Assembly (NCBI GenBank): GCA_963845145.1
Contig: CAWJQU010000008.1
Location: forward strand, 192,001 to 256,000
Length of the DNA: 64,000 bases
Source: an uncultured delta proteobacterium
GTDB taxonomy: Bacteria > Desulfobacterota > Desulfobacteria > Desulfobacterales > QNYZ01
Direction: 5' to 3'
The notes beneath the pieces are model-generated. The model had not been told where the DNA came from. It was given only the letters and a program-made list of their open reading frames with translations, and made no database searches. Positions within the stretch are counted from its first letter, which is position 1, and every line of letters starts with the position of its first letter. Both the position numbers and the translations under genes were made by a program. This document shows positions 30,666-40,300 of the stretch, one piece after another.

Positions 30666-32009
30666 TTATGCCACAGTTACCGCAGTGAAGTTATTACTCA
30701 ATTCAAGGTGTGACCCCATTTTCTTCAATAGCCATGGTCCCACGAAAAAAATAAGTCCAGCAAGGCGGCAGAATAGCCAACCGCCCGGGGGATTAGTTTG
30801 TCTGCATAATCTTTCCAACAGGTTTGCATCTAGATACAACCAATCGGGTTCCCCTAATCGATCTAACTCTGTGGTAAAATATCGGATTGCCAAAAGGTGC
30901 TCGATATCGGTCCCGACACCTTCTTTATATTTAATGTAAATGCGGTTGTCGGGTTTACCATCTTCGGCATCTACCCTTTCTGCATCTCTAAACCAGTCAA
31001 TATCGGCATAGGTCGTGTTTTCCTTTGCTGGATGAGCGTATTTTCGCCAAATGGTGTCCTGAGTTAAAAAGTAGGCGTTGGAATACTCGGCCAGTCCTAT
31101 AGTAGGATCGTCGACAATTGGTAGTGACCCAGTGTACATATTTCGGTCAAAAAGGCCACTATCTGGAGTGATATTTCCAAAGGTTGAGTCCGGGTTCGGA
31201 CTGCTGAGAAGCTCAGCTGGTGGCAGGTCACCAGGCATATCCGGATTGAAATCTAAAATATTTAGATTTTTGATAGTGAAGGTCTCATAGGTCCACCGAC
31301 CAATCGGAACAGGCAAATCTTTATCCTTGAAGGGAATCTTTGTTATTGGAAAAACATGCAGATCATTTCGGGTATGCAACGGCACAGAAGTATCTTCCAA
31401 CAGGTGCATGATCTGGCCTACCGCCTGAAAACAGTTAGCAAACGCGGCTTCTCTTTGTTCTTGTGTCAAGGTTACGGCATTACCATTAGCGTCTTTGCCT
31501 TCCCCAGTTAAATACATGTAATAATACTCTCTGGCTTTGCCCCAAGACCAATCTCCGGTTGTATCTGTAACTTGTGGAAAATCTTGGTAACCCGACGTGA
31601 AGCCCCAAAGGATTTCGGCGAAAACGGATCCTCTGCCGTAATATTCACGGTAAATAATATTCGTAAGATTATCAAAGCCGGCTTCAGACCACGGCCTAAG
31701 AGGATCATGGAAGTGGTTATAAGCACGGGTTCTGAGATGATCTTTCTCTCCGTCCATACCAAAATCCTCGGCTTTTCCGCCGAAGGCGATCCATTCATAG
31801 ATTCTTTTTTTATTCTTGTTTTGGGTCAAATGTGAATCAATTCCAATTGCCATTCCGAATTCCGTTTTTAGAATTGAATCCAGTTTTGAATTATTCAACG
31901 AAGCTTCCTCATTAAGCTTTGAATGCACTTTCCCGCCATATGCCAATAGATATTCATTCGGAACTAGAAAAATTATTAATAAATATAAAATAATCCTATT
32001 TATCATCAT
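30666..32009 (-). CDS. Secreted protein with Zn-dependent phospholipase C/P1 nuclease-like motifs; 3' end frameshifted/truncated
   Basis: Signal peptide, AYGGKVH, NHFHDP, GQIMHLLEDTSVPLH; shifted frames near 30820-30740 read CWKDYADKLIPRAVGYSAALLD(Y)FFRG. Confidence 0.6.
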   Translation of the reverse strand: MMINRIILYLLIIFLVPNEYLLAYGGKVHSKLNEEASLNNSKLDSILKTEFGMAIGIDSHLTQNKNKKRIYEWIAFGGKAEDFGMDGEKDHLRTRAYNHFHDPLRPWSEAGFDNLTNIIYREYYGRGSVFAEILWGFTSGYQDFPQVTDTTGDWSWGKAREYYYMYLTGEGKDANGNAVTLTQEQREAAFANCFQAVGQIMHLLEDTSVPLHTRNDLHVFPITKIPFKDKDLPVPIGRWTYETFTIKNLNILDFNPDMPGDLPPAELLSSPNPDSTFGNITPDSGLFDRNMYTGSLPIVDDPTIGLAEYSNAYFLTQDTIWRKYAHPAKENTTYADIDWFRDAERVDAEDGKPDNRIYIKYKEGVGTDIEHLLAIRYFTTELDRLGEPDWLYLDANLLERLCRQTNPPGGWLFCRLAGLIFFVGPWLLKKMGSHLELSNNFTAVTVA

Positions 32010-32631
32010 CTCTGTTTCTCCTCTTCAGTCATGGTCATCGGAGGAATACCAACATTAATCCATTCCTGATTCACTTTTTCCCAATATTTCTTTTTATATC
32101 TATAAGGTATTTCGCTAAATCTGCTTAGCTGTACGAACATTTTTCTTTCTTTCCTCAATCGTCTTCAACTTCGGCAACTCATATAAAACATACTTTCCCG
32201 CAGGCGGCCAAGATTTATTCTCTCCCGCCGCATTTGCCCGCTTATGCCATAACGTCCCATAGCCCGGTTTGAAAATTTCAAGATTCGCCGAAGGCCATCC
32301 TTTGACGCTGTCCAGTCTTTCGCACTTGGTCTGTATCTCTAATTCTCCATTTGAATCGGTCAATGTTTCACGGCCATGGGCAACATATGAATTTGAACCG
32401 GCAATAGACATACTCGATCTATGATACACTACCAGTACCACTGCCCCTTCGATTGGTTTTTTGGTATCCGTGTCGATCACCTTCCCCTTAAATGCCGACA
32501 GATGTGTTTTGTTAAACATGCCACAACAACCAGAAGACCCGATTAACAAAAACAATAAAATGAATGCATAAATGACCTTGAACCACCTTTTTCGAGCATT
32601 TGCTTTGACTATTTCTATGCAAACTCTCCAT
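32006..32631 (-). CDS. Putative lipoprotein with carboxypeptidase-regulatory-like domain; two apparent +1 frameshifts
   Basis: GKVIDTDTKKPIEGAVV, IFKPGY; ATG 32631 six nt after AGGAG; a shifted frame continues SEIPYRYKKKYWEK... to a TGA overlapping the next ATG. Confidence 0.6.
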
Positions 32632-32691
32632 GACGATCTCCTATAAAAAGTCAACATAAGCGCTTAGCAAACAAACGCTTGGTTAATATCG

Positions 32692-33806
32692 TCATCCAGC
32701 TAAGGCCAATGGCCGGTTAACTGGTGTTACTCTTTCTATCTTCTTACCTACAGGTGCCATTTTTGTCGGATCGAATGGCTCCTGTGATTTTAAAATTGCA
32801 TATATAATCGTGCTTATTTTTCGAGCTGTTGCTATAATGCTTTTACCAGTGCCCTTGTGCTTTTTCATATCTTGATATCTGGTCATAATCCTATAGTTGC
32901 CGGTTACTTTCCGATAACGATTCATTCCCATCACAACCTGGACAAACGCTGTCCTCAACTCAACCGGGCCTCTTTTTGTTATATGACCGTGACGAATCGT
33001 CTCGTTGGAATTTTGAACCCAGGGAACCAATCCAGCATGAGATGCATATTTCTTTGCACTTTCATAACGATTGATATCATCAGTATAAGCCCGAATGGTC
33101 GCTGCCGTTATGAGACCAACACCAGGTATTGTTTGTAAAAGCGCCACATCCTCATCCCCGGCGACAAGCTCGGCCAAAACTTTTCAAGACGTTTGACCTC
33201 AGAAGCTACCTGGTCTATGCTGTCTAATAGCGGTTTTACCGCTAAGGCAGCGTTTCCGTAACTCCTATGGTCTTCGAGACCGCAAAGGATTCGCTGCCTT
33301 TCTTTTTTACTTTGCAGCTGTCCTCGCTTGCTCTCGATCCCATAGCCCATTAAAAGACCGTGTACTTGATTCTTTAAAGATACCATTGCCTTGACCAGTA
33401 TGGAACGGGACTTGATAACCCGGCGGATATCTTCACTCTCTTGACTGCATAAAACCGACTCGGGAAGCATGTCCTTTTCAAGAAATTCGGCAAGAGTTCT
33501 GGCATCACGTTTATCCGTCTTTTTGACCGATTCGGTCACCACCTTGAATTTCATCGTATTGACGACTTTGACATCAATACCTGCCCGTAAAAGTTGGTTA
33601 CAAAAGTACCGCGTGTTACCGGTTGACTCCACCGCAGCCGTTACCTCATACCCATTTCCCATCAGCATGGTCATCTTTCGACAAAATGCTTCATAACCTT
33701 GCTTGCTCGTCGGATATATACCCGATTCATCTACACTGCGATCTTCGCTTAAAACGCACACTGTAAATTGCGTCTTGTGAAGATCCACTCCAACACTAAT
33801 CTTCAT
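32692..33806 (-). pseudogene. IS110 family transposase/bridge recombinase, split by a -1 frameshift near 33180
   Basis: DEDD domain GVDLHK, AVESTG, KTDKRDA; C-terminal TIPGVG, AGLVP..QNS, ITKRG, ARK. Confidence 0.92.
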
Positions 33807-33824
33807 GGCCTGCCTCCTCTTATG

Positions 33825-33968
33825 TTTTGGACAGCACCTGTTTGGTGAATTGTTCCAATCTCCTATTCGGTCTCGAAGACCATTGAATGCTACGGCTACG
33901 GCTCTTCAATCTCCTTTGCGGTCTCAAGGACCATTAAAAATGTCGAACAGTAGCCTTGCTGTCCAAAA
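33825..33968 (-). ncRNA. Predicted IS110 bridge RNA (two guide loops)
   Basis: 12-bp closing stem TTTTGGACAGCA/TGCTGTCCAAAA enclosing two AAT-GGTC-N5-GACC-G-N8-ATTG units whose variable parts match target and donor junctions. Confidence 0.75.
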
Positions 33969-34049
33969 TTATATTTTTTGCACAGCATAACTCAATTCAC
34001 GGCTCATGAAGACTTTTTTATCATTCCTCCTTTGATAGCTTTTAGATAT

Positions 34050-35151
34050 TTAATACCTTTCAATCTTCCAAATACCGTTTTTATCCACGGCTGAAGTAAA
34101 TATAATAGGTAAGCGTTATGACCTGCCCGTCGATATCACGCTGATGGGGAGAATTCTATATTTGGCTCGGTCGCCTTCCATAAAAACAGGTTCAATTTCC
34201 TGCATCTGTTTTGCAAGGTTTGGAAGTTCGGTACCCAAGAGAGTGTACATTTCTCTATGTTCTTCTTTTGATATTTCACTATGATATACCGAACGCCCCA
34301 CTCCACATTCCCTGCAACCAATGCAGCCTTCATCCCCACCCATTTATCTTGAAGTAACGCATCCACGGCCACTTCATCGACCACCTCAACAACCACTGAA
34401 TCGGTATAAGAAAGCTCCCTGACCATCTGAGACCGTGGCCGTGAAAGTATAGATCCCTTCGGTGGCTCATAACAACCTTGTATTCATCATGGCTGCTTTC
34501 CACAAATTCCACCGTATCGGGTCCTACTTATGAGATATTCGAAGAGGTAAAATTAAAAGACGCCTCGATTTGCAAAGTGGTCTCAAAGGGGGCCATCCCG
34601 GATACCGGATCGGCACTGATGGTGATGTATTCCCCTGAGGTATCCGCATTTACCGTAATCGAATCGGTCATAACAACCCCCGATACATCGGTGGCTCTGG
34701 CGGTGATGATGTTTTCACCGTGAGCAAGGGGCACATGGTTGGCCGTAAAAAGATTACCGTCCATCATGGCCAAAATTCCATTAACCGTGACTCCGGTTTC
34801 AAGATTACCGGCATGACTGACAGTTCCTTTTACGGATAGTGTTCGACCAGTGACATTGGCGTCGTCTAAAGGTGATGTGATTTTAAGGGTGACCGGGTTA
34901 TAAACCGTCACCGTCACATCAGCGGCTCTCGTTCCCCCTAATCCTGTGGCCGTTAACGTGTAGGTGGTGGTTTGCATGGGGGTCACGGTCAATGATCCAT
35001 TCAGATCGACTGAACCGATATCCGGTTCAATGCGAACACTATCGGCATCATTTGACGGCCAAGTTAATAAGCTTGAGGTCCCTTCGCCACCAATGTGAAC
35101 TATTTCAGGGTCGGAGATAGAAAAAGCCGTATCGCATTTAAAAAACGACAC
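34050..35151 (-). pseudogene. Fragmented Ig-like/PKD-repeat surface protein
   Basis: TTTYTLTATG, ITSPLD..V, LAHGENIITARATD, SGMAPF; conserved-looking tail YIYF...NGIWKIE spread over several frames. Confidence 0.7.
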
Positions 35152-35558
35152 GGCTCATTTACTTAGCTTGTGATTTATGCAGGGATCCGGGCACAACGCC
35201 AATGCCCGATCATCATTATGATGGGCGTGCAGATACTCGGTACAGTCAATTATCAGTTTGGACTTTCCCACAGCAATAACCCAGAATCCGGAGCAGGCAG
35301 CACACAAGTCAGTTAACGCAAAATTCTGTTGAACAATCGTCGATTAAGTGGACACTTCAAAAAACTGAAATTTGAATTACAATTGCTATGTCGGTACTTG
35401 TTGAACACCTCTTTGTCAATAAAAAAAATTTGATCAAGGATTAAAAGGTTGGGCTGTAATGGTTGTTTTGAAAAATCTCCGAATTAATCTCTAGGTTGAA
35501 AATAAATAACGCCCTTATAAGATGACACCGATATCAACCGTAAGGTAAAGATAACAAA

Positions 35559-38126
35559 ATGACCAACCCAAACGAATCCGCTTCACCACAGACCAACGCC
35601 GGGCTAGGGACCTTCGCCGGCGTTTTCACACCGAGTGTATTGACCATTCTCGGTATCATCCTTTTTTTAAGATTGGGCTATGTCGTTGGCAACGCCGGCC
35701 TGATGCGGGCCTTTCTCATCATCGGCCTGGCCAATTTGATATCGGTTCTGACCAGCGTGTCGCTTTCCGCCATTGCCACCAATCTCAGGGTTAAAGGCGG
35801 TGGCGATTATTACCTGATTTCCAGAACACTGGGGCTGCAGTACGGTGGTGCCATCGGCATCGTTTTGTTTTTGGCGCAATCCGTCTCCATCGCCTTTTAT
35901 TGTATCGGTTTTGGGGAGGCCATTACCCATATACTGCCTGTGGACGTTTCAACTCGGATTATCGCCCTTTCGGCGGTGGCCTTTTTATTTATTTTTGCCT
36001 GGATGGGGGCCGACTGGGCCACACGATTTCAATATGTGGTCATGGTGTTGCTGACAGCCGCCCTCGTCTCCTTTTTCTGGGGTGGGTTTCTATCTTTCGA
36101 CGCTGCGACTCTCAGCAAAAACTGGGCGCGCCCGTCGGGTGGGCCCGGCTTCTGGTTGCTGTTTGCCATTTTCTTTCCGGCCGTCACCGGATTCACCCAA
36201 GGGGTCAGCATGTCCGGTGATTTGAAGGATCCCGGAAAAAGCTTACCGGTGGGAACATTTCTGGCCGTCGGCATATCGATCATTGTCTATTTTGCCGTAG
36301 CCATCATCTTTGCCGGTTCATTGCCCCAAGAAGTCATGATGCGCGATTACGGCTCCTTTAAACTGGTAGCCCGGATCGGGTTTCTCATTGACGCCGGTGT
36401 GATCGCGGCCACCTTATCGTCGGCCATGGCCTCATTTTTGGGTGCCCCGCGCATTTTGCAATCATTGGCGTCCGATCGTATTTTTACCTGGTTGCTGCCC
36501 TTTGCCAAGGGAAGTGGTGCAACAGGAAACCCACGACGGGGGGTCCTGCTCTCAGCCGCCATTGCGATAATCACCATCAGCCTGGGCAACCTGAACGTCA
36601 TCGCGCCTATCGTCTCCATGTTTTTTCTCATCTCCTACGGCCTGTTGAATTACGCCACCTTTTTTGAAGCCCGTGCCGCCAGCCCCTCCTTTCGCCCCCG
36701 GTTTAAATGGTTCGACCACCGGCTCAGCCTGTTGGGATTTCTCGCATGCCTGGGCGCCATGCTCGCCATTGATGTGACGGCCGGCGCCATCGCTATTTCC
36801 GTCTTATTCGCCATTTACCAATACTTAAAAAGAACCACCCATCCGGTCCGATGGGCGGACAGTCGGCGCTCTTATCACATCCAGAGAGTACGCGATCATT
36901 TGCTGGCGGCCACCACCCTTCCTGAACATGATCGCGATTGGCGTCCCAAGCTGCTGGCCCTATCCGGCGACTCAAAAAAGCGCCGGGAGCTGCTCAGCTT
37001 TGCCTCCTGGATCGAAGGCGGAACAGGATTTACCACCGCCGTTCGCATACTGGTTGGCAAGGGGCTGGGTATGCTGAAACAGAAAAAAGACGCTGAGGTG
37101 GAATTAAGTGACGACATTGCCGCCCTAAACGTCGAGGCATTTCCTTTGGTCGTTGTCGCGCCCGGTTTTGAAGACGGGATTCATACCATGGTGCAAACTT
37201 TCGGCATCGGTCCTTTAAAAGCAAATACATTGTTGCTCAACTGGTTTGAACAGGTTCCGGAGGGCGCCTTAAGTGTCAGGGGGTTGCGATACGGGCGAAA
37301 CCTTCGGACCGCATTTCGGCTTGGATGCAACATCATCATCCTCGATACAGAAAAATCCGAATGGTCCGATCTGGAAAAGATTACACCCGACAATCGGCAA
37401 ATCGATGTGTGGTGGTTTAACGATGCCACCAGCCGCCTGATGTTGCTGCTTGCGCATCTAATGACCCGACACCCTGCATGGTCAAAGGCGCGTATCCGTG
37501 TACTCGCCGCCGGATACGACCGGATTTCCGACGAATTTAAGGAGGACCTGAGGCAAACCATCGACGAAGTGAGAATCGAAGCGGAATCGAAAATCGTCCT
37601 TGAACCCGGCGCTAATGCCGTTGTCCAGAATTCAGCCCATGCGTCCATGGTATTTTTACCTTTTCGATTTCGGGGCAACCATGTGGTTAACCCCTTTGGC
37701 GGTGATTTCAATGATCTCTTTACCCGCCTGCCAGTCGTTGCCCTGGTCGTCGCCGCCGAGGATATCGATCTCGACCCGGAACCGGAAGAGGGTAAAGTCG
37801 GTGAAATGGCCGCCGCCATGGATGCGGTTGCCGAACGCCAAAAAAAAGCCGACTTATCGAAAAAGGATGCCGAACAGGCCAGTCTGGCAGCTGAAAAGGC
37901 ACAGGCGAGGGTAGATGAGTTTTCGCATGGCGACCTGACTGATGAGGACGAAAAAAAGCTGGCCGAGATGAAAAACGCCGCCGAGGCCGCCGCACGACAG
38001 GCGGAAAAAATGATGCGGCGGGCGGCCAAAGCGCAGGCCGGATTGGACGCAGTGGCCAAAGCGCTGGCACCAACCAACGCCAAGCAAAGCGACCCGGACG
38101 ATACACCGCCTACGTCATCCAAATAA
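35559..38126 (+). CDS. Cation-chloride cotransporter-like (APC/SLC12) permease
   Basis: LGTFAGVFTP..LTILGIILFLR, GGGDYYLISRTLG, FFPAVTG, SGDLKDP..SLP.GT, WRPKLL, IDVWW. Confidence 0.88.
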   Translation: MTNPNESASPQTNAGLGTFAGVFTPSVLTILGIILFLRLGYVVGNAGLMRAFLIIGLANLISVLTSVSLSAIATNLRVKGGGDYYLISRTLGLQYGGAIGIVLFLAQSVSIAFYCIGFGEAITHILPVDVSTRIIALSAVAFLFIFAWMGADWATRFQYVVMVLLTAALVSFFWGGFLSFDAATLSKNWARPSGGPGFWLLFAIFFPAVTGFTQGVSMSGDLKDPGKSLPVGTFLAVGISIIVYFAVAIIFAGSLPQEVMMRDYGSFKLVARIGFLIDAGVIAATLSSAMASFLGAPRILQSLASDRIFTWLLPFAKGSGATGNPRRGVLLSAAIAIITISLGNLNVIAPIVSMFFLISYGLLNYATFFEARAASPSFRPRFKWFDHRLSLLGFLACLGAMLAIDVTAGAIAISVLFAIYQYLKRTTHPVRWADSRRSYHIQRVRDHLLAATTLPEHDRDWRPKLLALSGDSKKRRELLSFASWIEGGTGFTTAVRILVGKGLGMLKQKKDAEVELSDDIAALNVEAFPLVVVAPGFEDGIHTMVQTFGIGPLKANTLLLNWFEQVPEGALSVRGLRYGRNLRTAFRLGCNIIILDTEKSEWSDLEKITPDNRQIDVWWFNDATSRLMLLLAHLMTRHPAWSKARIRVLAAGYDRISDEFKEDLRQTIDEVRIEAESKIVLEPGANAVVQNSAHASMVFLPFRFRGNHVVNPFGGDFNDLFTRLPVVALVVAAEDIDLDPEPEEGKVGEMAAAMDAVAERQKKADLSKKDAEQASLAAEKAQARVDEFSHGDLTDEDEKKLAEMKNAAEAAARQAEKMMRRAAKAQAGLDAVAKALAPTNAKQSDPDDTPPTSSK

Positions 38127-38487
38127 TGTCCCAACCAACCCATTTATCCGGGGTGTTGCCTGAACAATCAGGAAAAGAAGATCGGAATTTGATTTATGAA
38201 TTATCGATCAATTTTTTACGCAATTATGTAAATATCGATCAATTTTCGGAATGTTTTTTTCACTATGATGAGAAATTACCCTTGACATCCGCATGATGAA
38301 AATACTAATTAGCGGCCAGTATCAATGGGCCTGCGATATGAAGCGATCCCGATATGAAGCGCCCATGGATACCATCTTTTATGCAAGATAGTCATGGATT
38401 TTTTTTAATGAACAGGTTTTTTGTTTCGGACGGCTTCACTTCACCCCCAAACACCCTCAAAAATCGATTTGAATGAAAGGAGACGCC

Positions 38488-40233
38488 ATGAAAAAAAAGA
38501 TGTTTATCGCTCTCTCGGCAATGGTTTTGTTAGTCCTCAGCGGAGTCGCTTCTGCCGCCGATGTTAAAAATCCGGACACGTTCGTCCTGGCAGACATCGG
38601 TTCGGTGGATACCATTGATCCGGCCAAATGCTACGACACGGCCGGCTCCGGCAAAATCTGGACGGTTTATGAAACCCTGGTTTTCTTTGACGGACCGCAT
38701 ACAGGAAAATATGCGCCTATTTTGGCCACCGAAGTGCCCACCGTGGAAAACGGTGGTATTTCAGCGGACGGCAAGACCTATACGTTCAATATTCGCAAAG
38801 GTGTCAAATTCCACGAAGGGGGCGATTTGACTGCGGAAGATGTGGCCTACTCTCTGAAACGGGCCATGATCCTCGATCCTGCCGGCGGCCCCATGTGGAT
38901 GCTGCTTGAAGCTTTGACCGGCGAAGGCAATACCCACAAAGACGGCGCTGTATTACCCGGTATTTTTGAAAAGATCGGCAAGGCCATCGAAGTGAAAGGC
39001 GACAATGTCATTCTTCACTTGCCCAAACCCTACCCCCCACTTATGGGGATTTTATCCTACTCGGCCTCGGCCATTCTCGATAAAGAATGGGCCATGGCCA
39101 ACGGTTGCTGGGACGGTAACATTGCCAATGCCGCTAAATTCAACAAGCCGGATGAAGGCAAAGAGCCCCTGCGAACCATCGCCAATGGCACAGGGCCTTA
39201 TGTTCTGAAATTATGGGAAACCAGCAAGCAGATGGTGTTTGAGCGTTTTGACGGATATTGGGGACCCAAAGGCCAGATAAAAACGGGTATCGTAAAATAT
39301 GTGCCCGAGCACGCCACGCGTATGCTGATGTTAAAAGCCGGTGATGCGGACCGGGTTCATGTGGGAAAAACGTTTATCCACGAGATCGAGGCCATGAAAG
39401 GGCTCACAATCGAAAAGGTTCCTCAACTCGCCGTCACAGGGGCCCTTTTCTGCCAAAAAATTGACCCCACCGGCAACACCAGTATCGGTAGCGGCAAGTT
39501 GGACGGTGAGGGCATTCCCCCTGACTTTTTCTCCGACATTAACGTCCGCAAGGCTTTTATGCATGCCTACGACAGCGAGACTTTCATCAAGGAAGTTTTA
39601 AATGGTTTGGGATCTCTGCCTGGAACCCCGTTAGTCAGTGGTCTGGAATATAAAAAAGATCTCCCCATGTACGCCTTCGATATGAAAAAAGCGGAAGACT
39701 ATATGAAAAAAGCGTGGGGTGGTCAGGTGTGGGAAAAAGGCTTTAAAATGGTCATCACCCATAACACCGGCCGTGAAGAGCGGGAAGCCGCCGCCATTAT
39801 GCTCAAGGAAAATATCGAATCATTGAATCCCAAGTTCCGGATTGAAGTACGCAATGTGGACTGGAAAGACTATATGCCGGCCATTCGCCAATACAAGATC
39901 CCCATCTTTATCATCGGTTGGGGGGCGGACTATCCGGACCCGCATAACTTCATGTATCCGTATATGAGCTCCGACGGCACCTACGGCAAATACATGGGCT
40001 ATGTAAACCCCGAAGTTGACCAACTTCTCAAAGCGGGGATTGAAAATGTCGAACCGGCCAAGCGTGCCGCTGCGTATGAAAAACTCCAGAATATCTGGTA
40101 TGAAGACGCATTGGGTATCGCCCTGTTCCAACCCCTGGAACTGTGGGTGTATCGCGATTATGTTAAGGGTTACGTGATGAACCCCATGTTCTCACCCGCC
40201 ATCGAGTTCTTCGGGCGCCTGTCTAAAAACTAA
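38488..40233 (+). CDS. Peptide/nickel ABC transporter substrate-binding protein (family 5)
   Basis: Signal peptide, TIDPA, YTFNIRKGVKFHEG, GTGPY, GWGADYPDP; ATG after AAAGGAG. Confidence 0.92.
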   Translation: MKKKMFIALSAMVLLVLSGVASAADVKNPDTFVLADIGSVDTIDPAKCYDTAGSGKIWTVYETLVFFDGPHTGKYAPILATEVPTVENGGISADGKTYTFNIRKGVKFHEGGDLTAEDVAYSLKRAMILDPAGGPMWMLLEALTGEGNTHKDGAVLPGIFEKIGKAIEVKGDNVILHLPKPYPPLMGILSYSASAILDKEWAMANGCWDGNIANAAKFNKPDEGKEPLRTIANGTGPYVLKLWETSKQMVFERFDGYWGPKGQIKTGIVKYVPEHATRMLMLKAGDADRVHVGKTFIHEIEAMKGLTIEKVPQLAVTGALFCQKIDPTGNTSIGSGKLDGEGIPPDFFSDINVRKAFMHAYDSETFIKEVLNGLGSLPGTPLVSGLEYKKDLPMYAFDMKKAEDYMKKAWGGQVWEKGFKMVITHNTGREEREAAAIMLKENIESLNPKFRIEVRNVDWKDYMPAIRQYKIPIFIIGWGADYPDPHNFMYPYMSSDGTYGKYMGYVNPEVDQLLKAGIENVEPAKRAAAYEKLQNIWYEDALGIALFQPLELWVYRDYVKGYVMNPMFSPAIEFFGRLSKN

Positions 40234-40300
40234 CGTTTAACCAATAATATTGGGGGCGGCCGCATCTGTCGACCGCTCCCGAAATGCTGGGCAGGCAATC

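Larger units (their letters stand above)
32638..34026 (-). mobile_element. IS110 family insertion sequence (~1.39 kb)
   Basis: Transposase plus non-coding left end; both junctions share AGGAG; TTGACT near the right end. Confidence 0.85.

Noticed and set aside
33170..33190. Programmed ribosomal frameshift in the IS110 transposase
   Set aside because: Not typical of IS110 and no canonical slippery heptamer; many nearby indels suggest error or decay
33999..34012. Alternative IS110 junction at a shared TCATG
   Set aside because: Gives only 1-nt SD spacing and fits neither the guide matches nor the 17-bp junction promoter; the AGGAG junction fits all three
35155..35400. Possible short Cys-containing ORF at the island edge
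   Set aside because: No recognisable motif, start or RBS
37181..38143. 320-aa minus-strand ORF
   Set aside because: Antisense shadow of the CCC transporter; low complexity, no motifs
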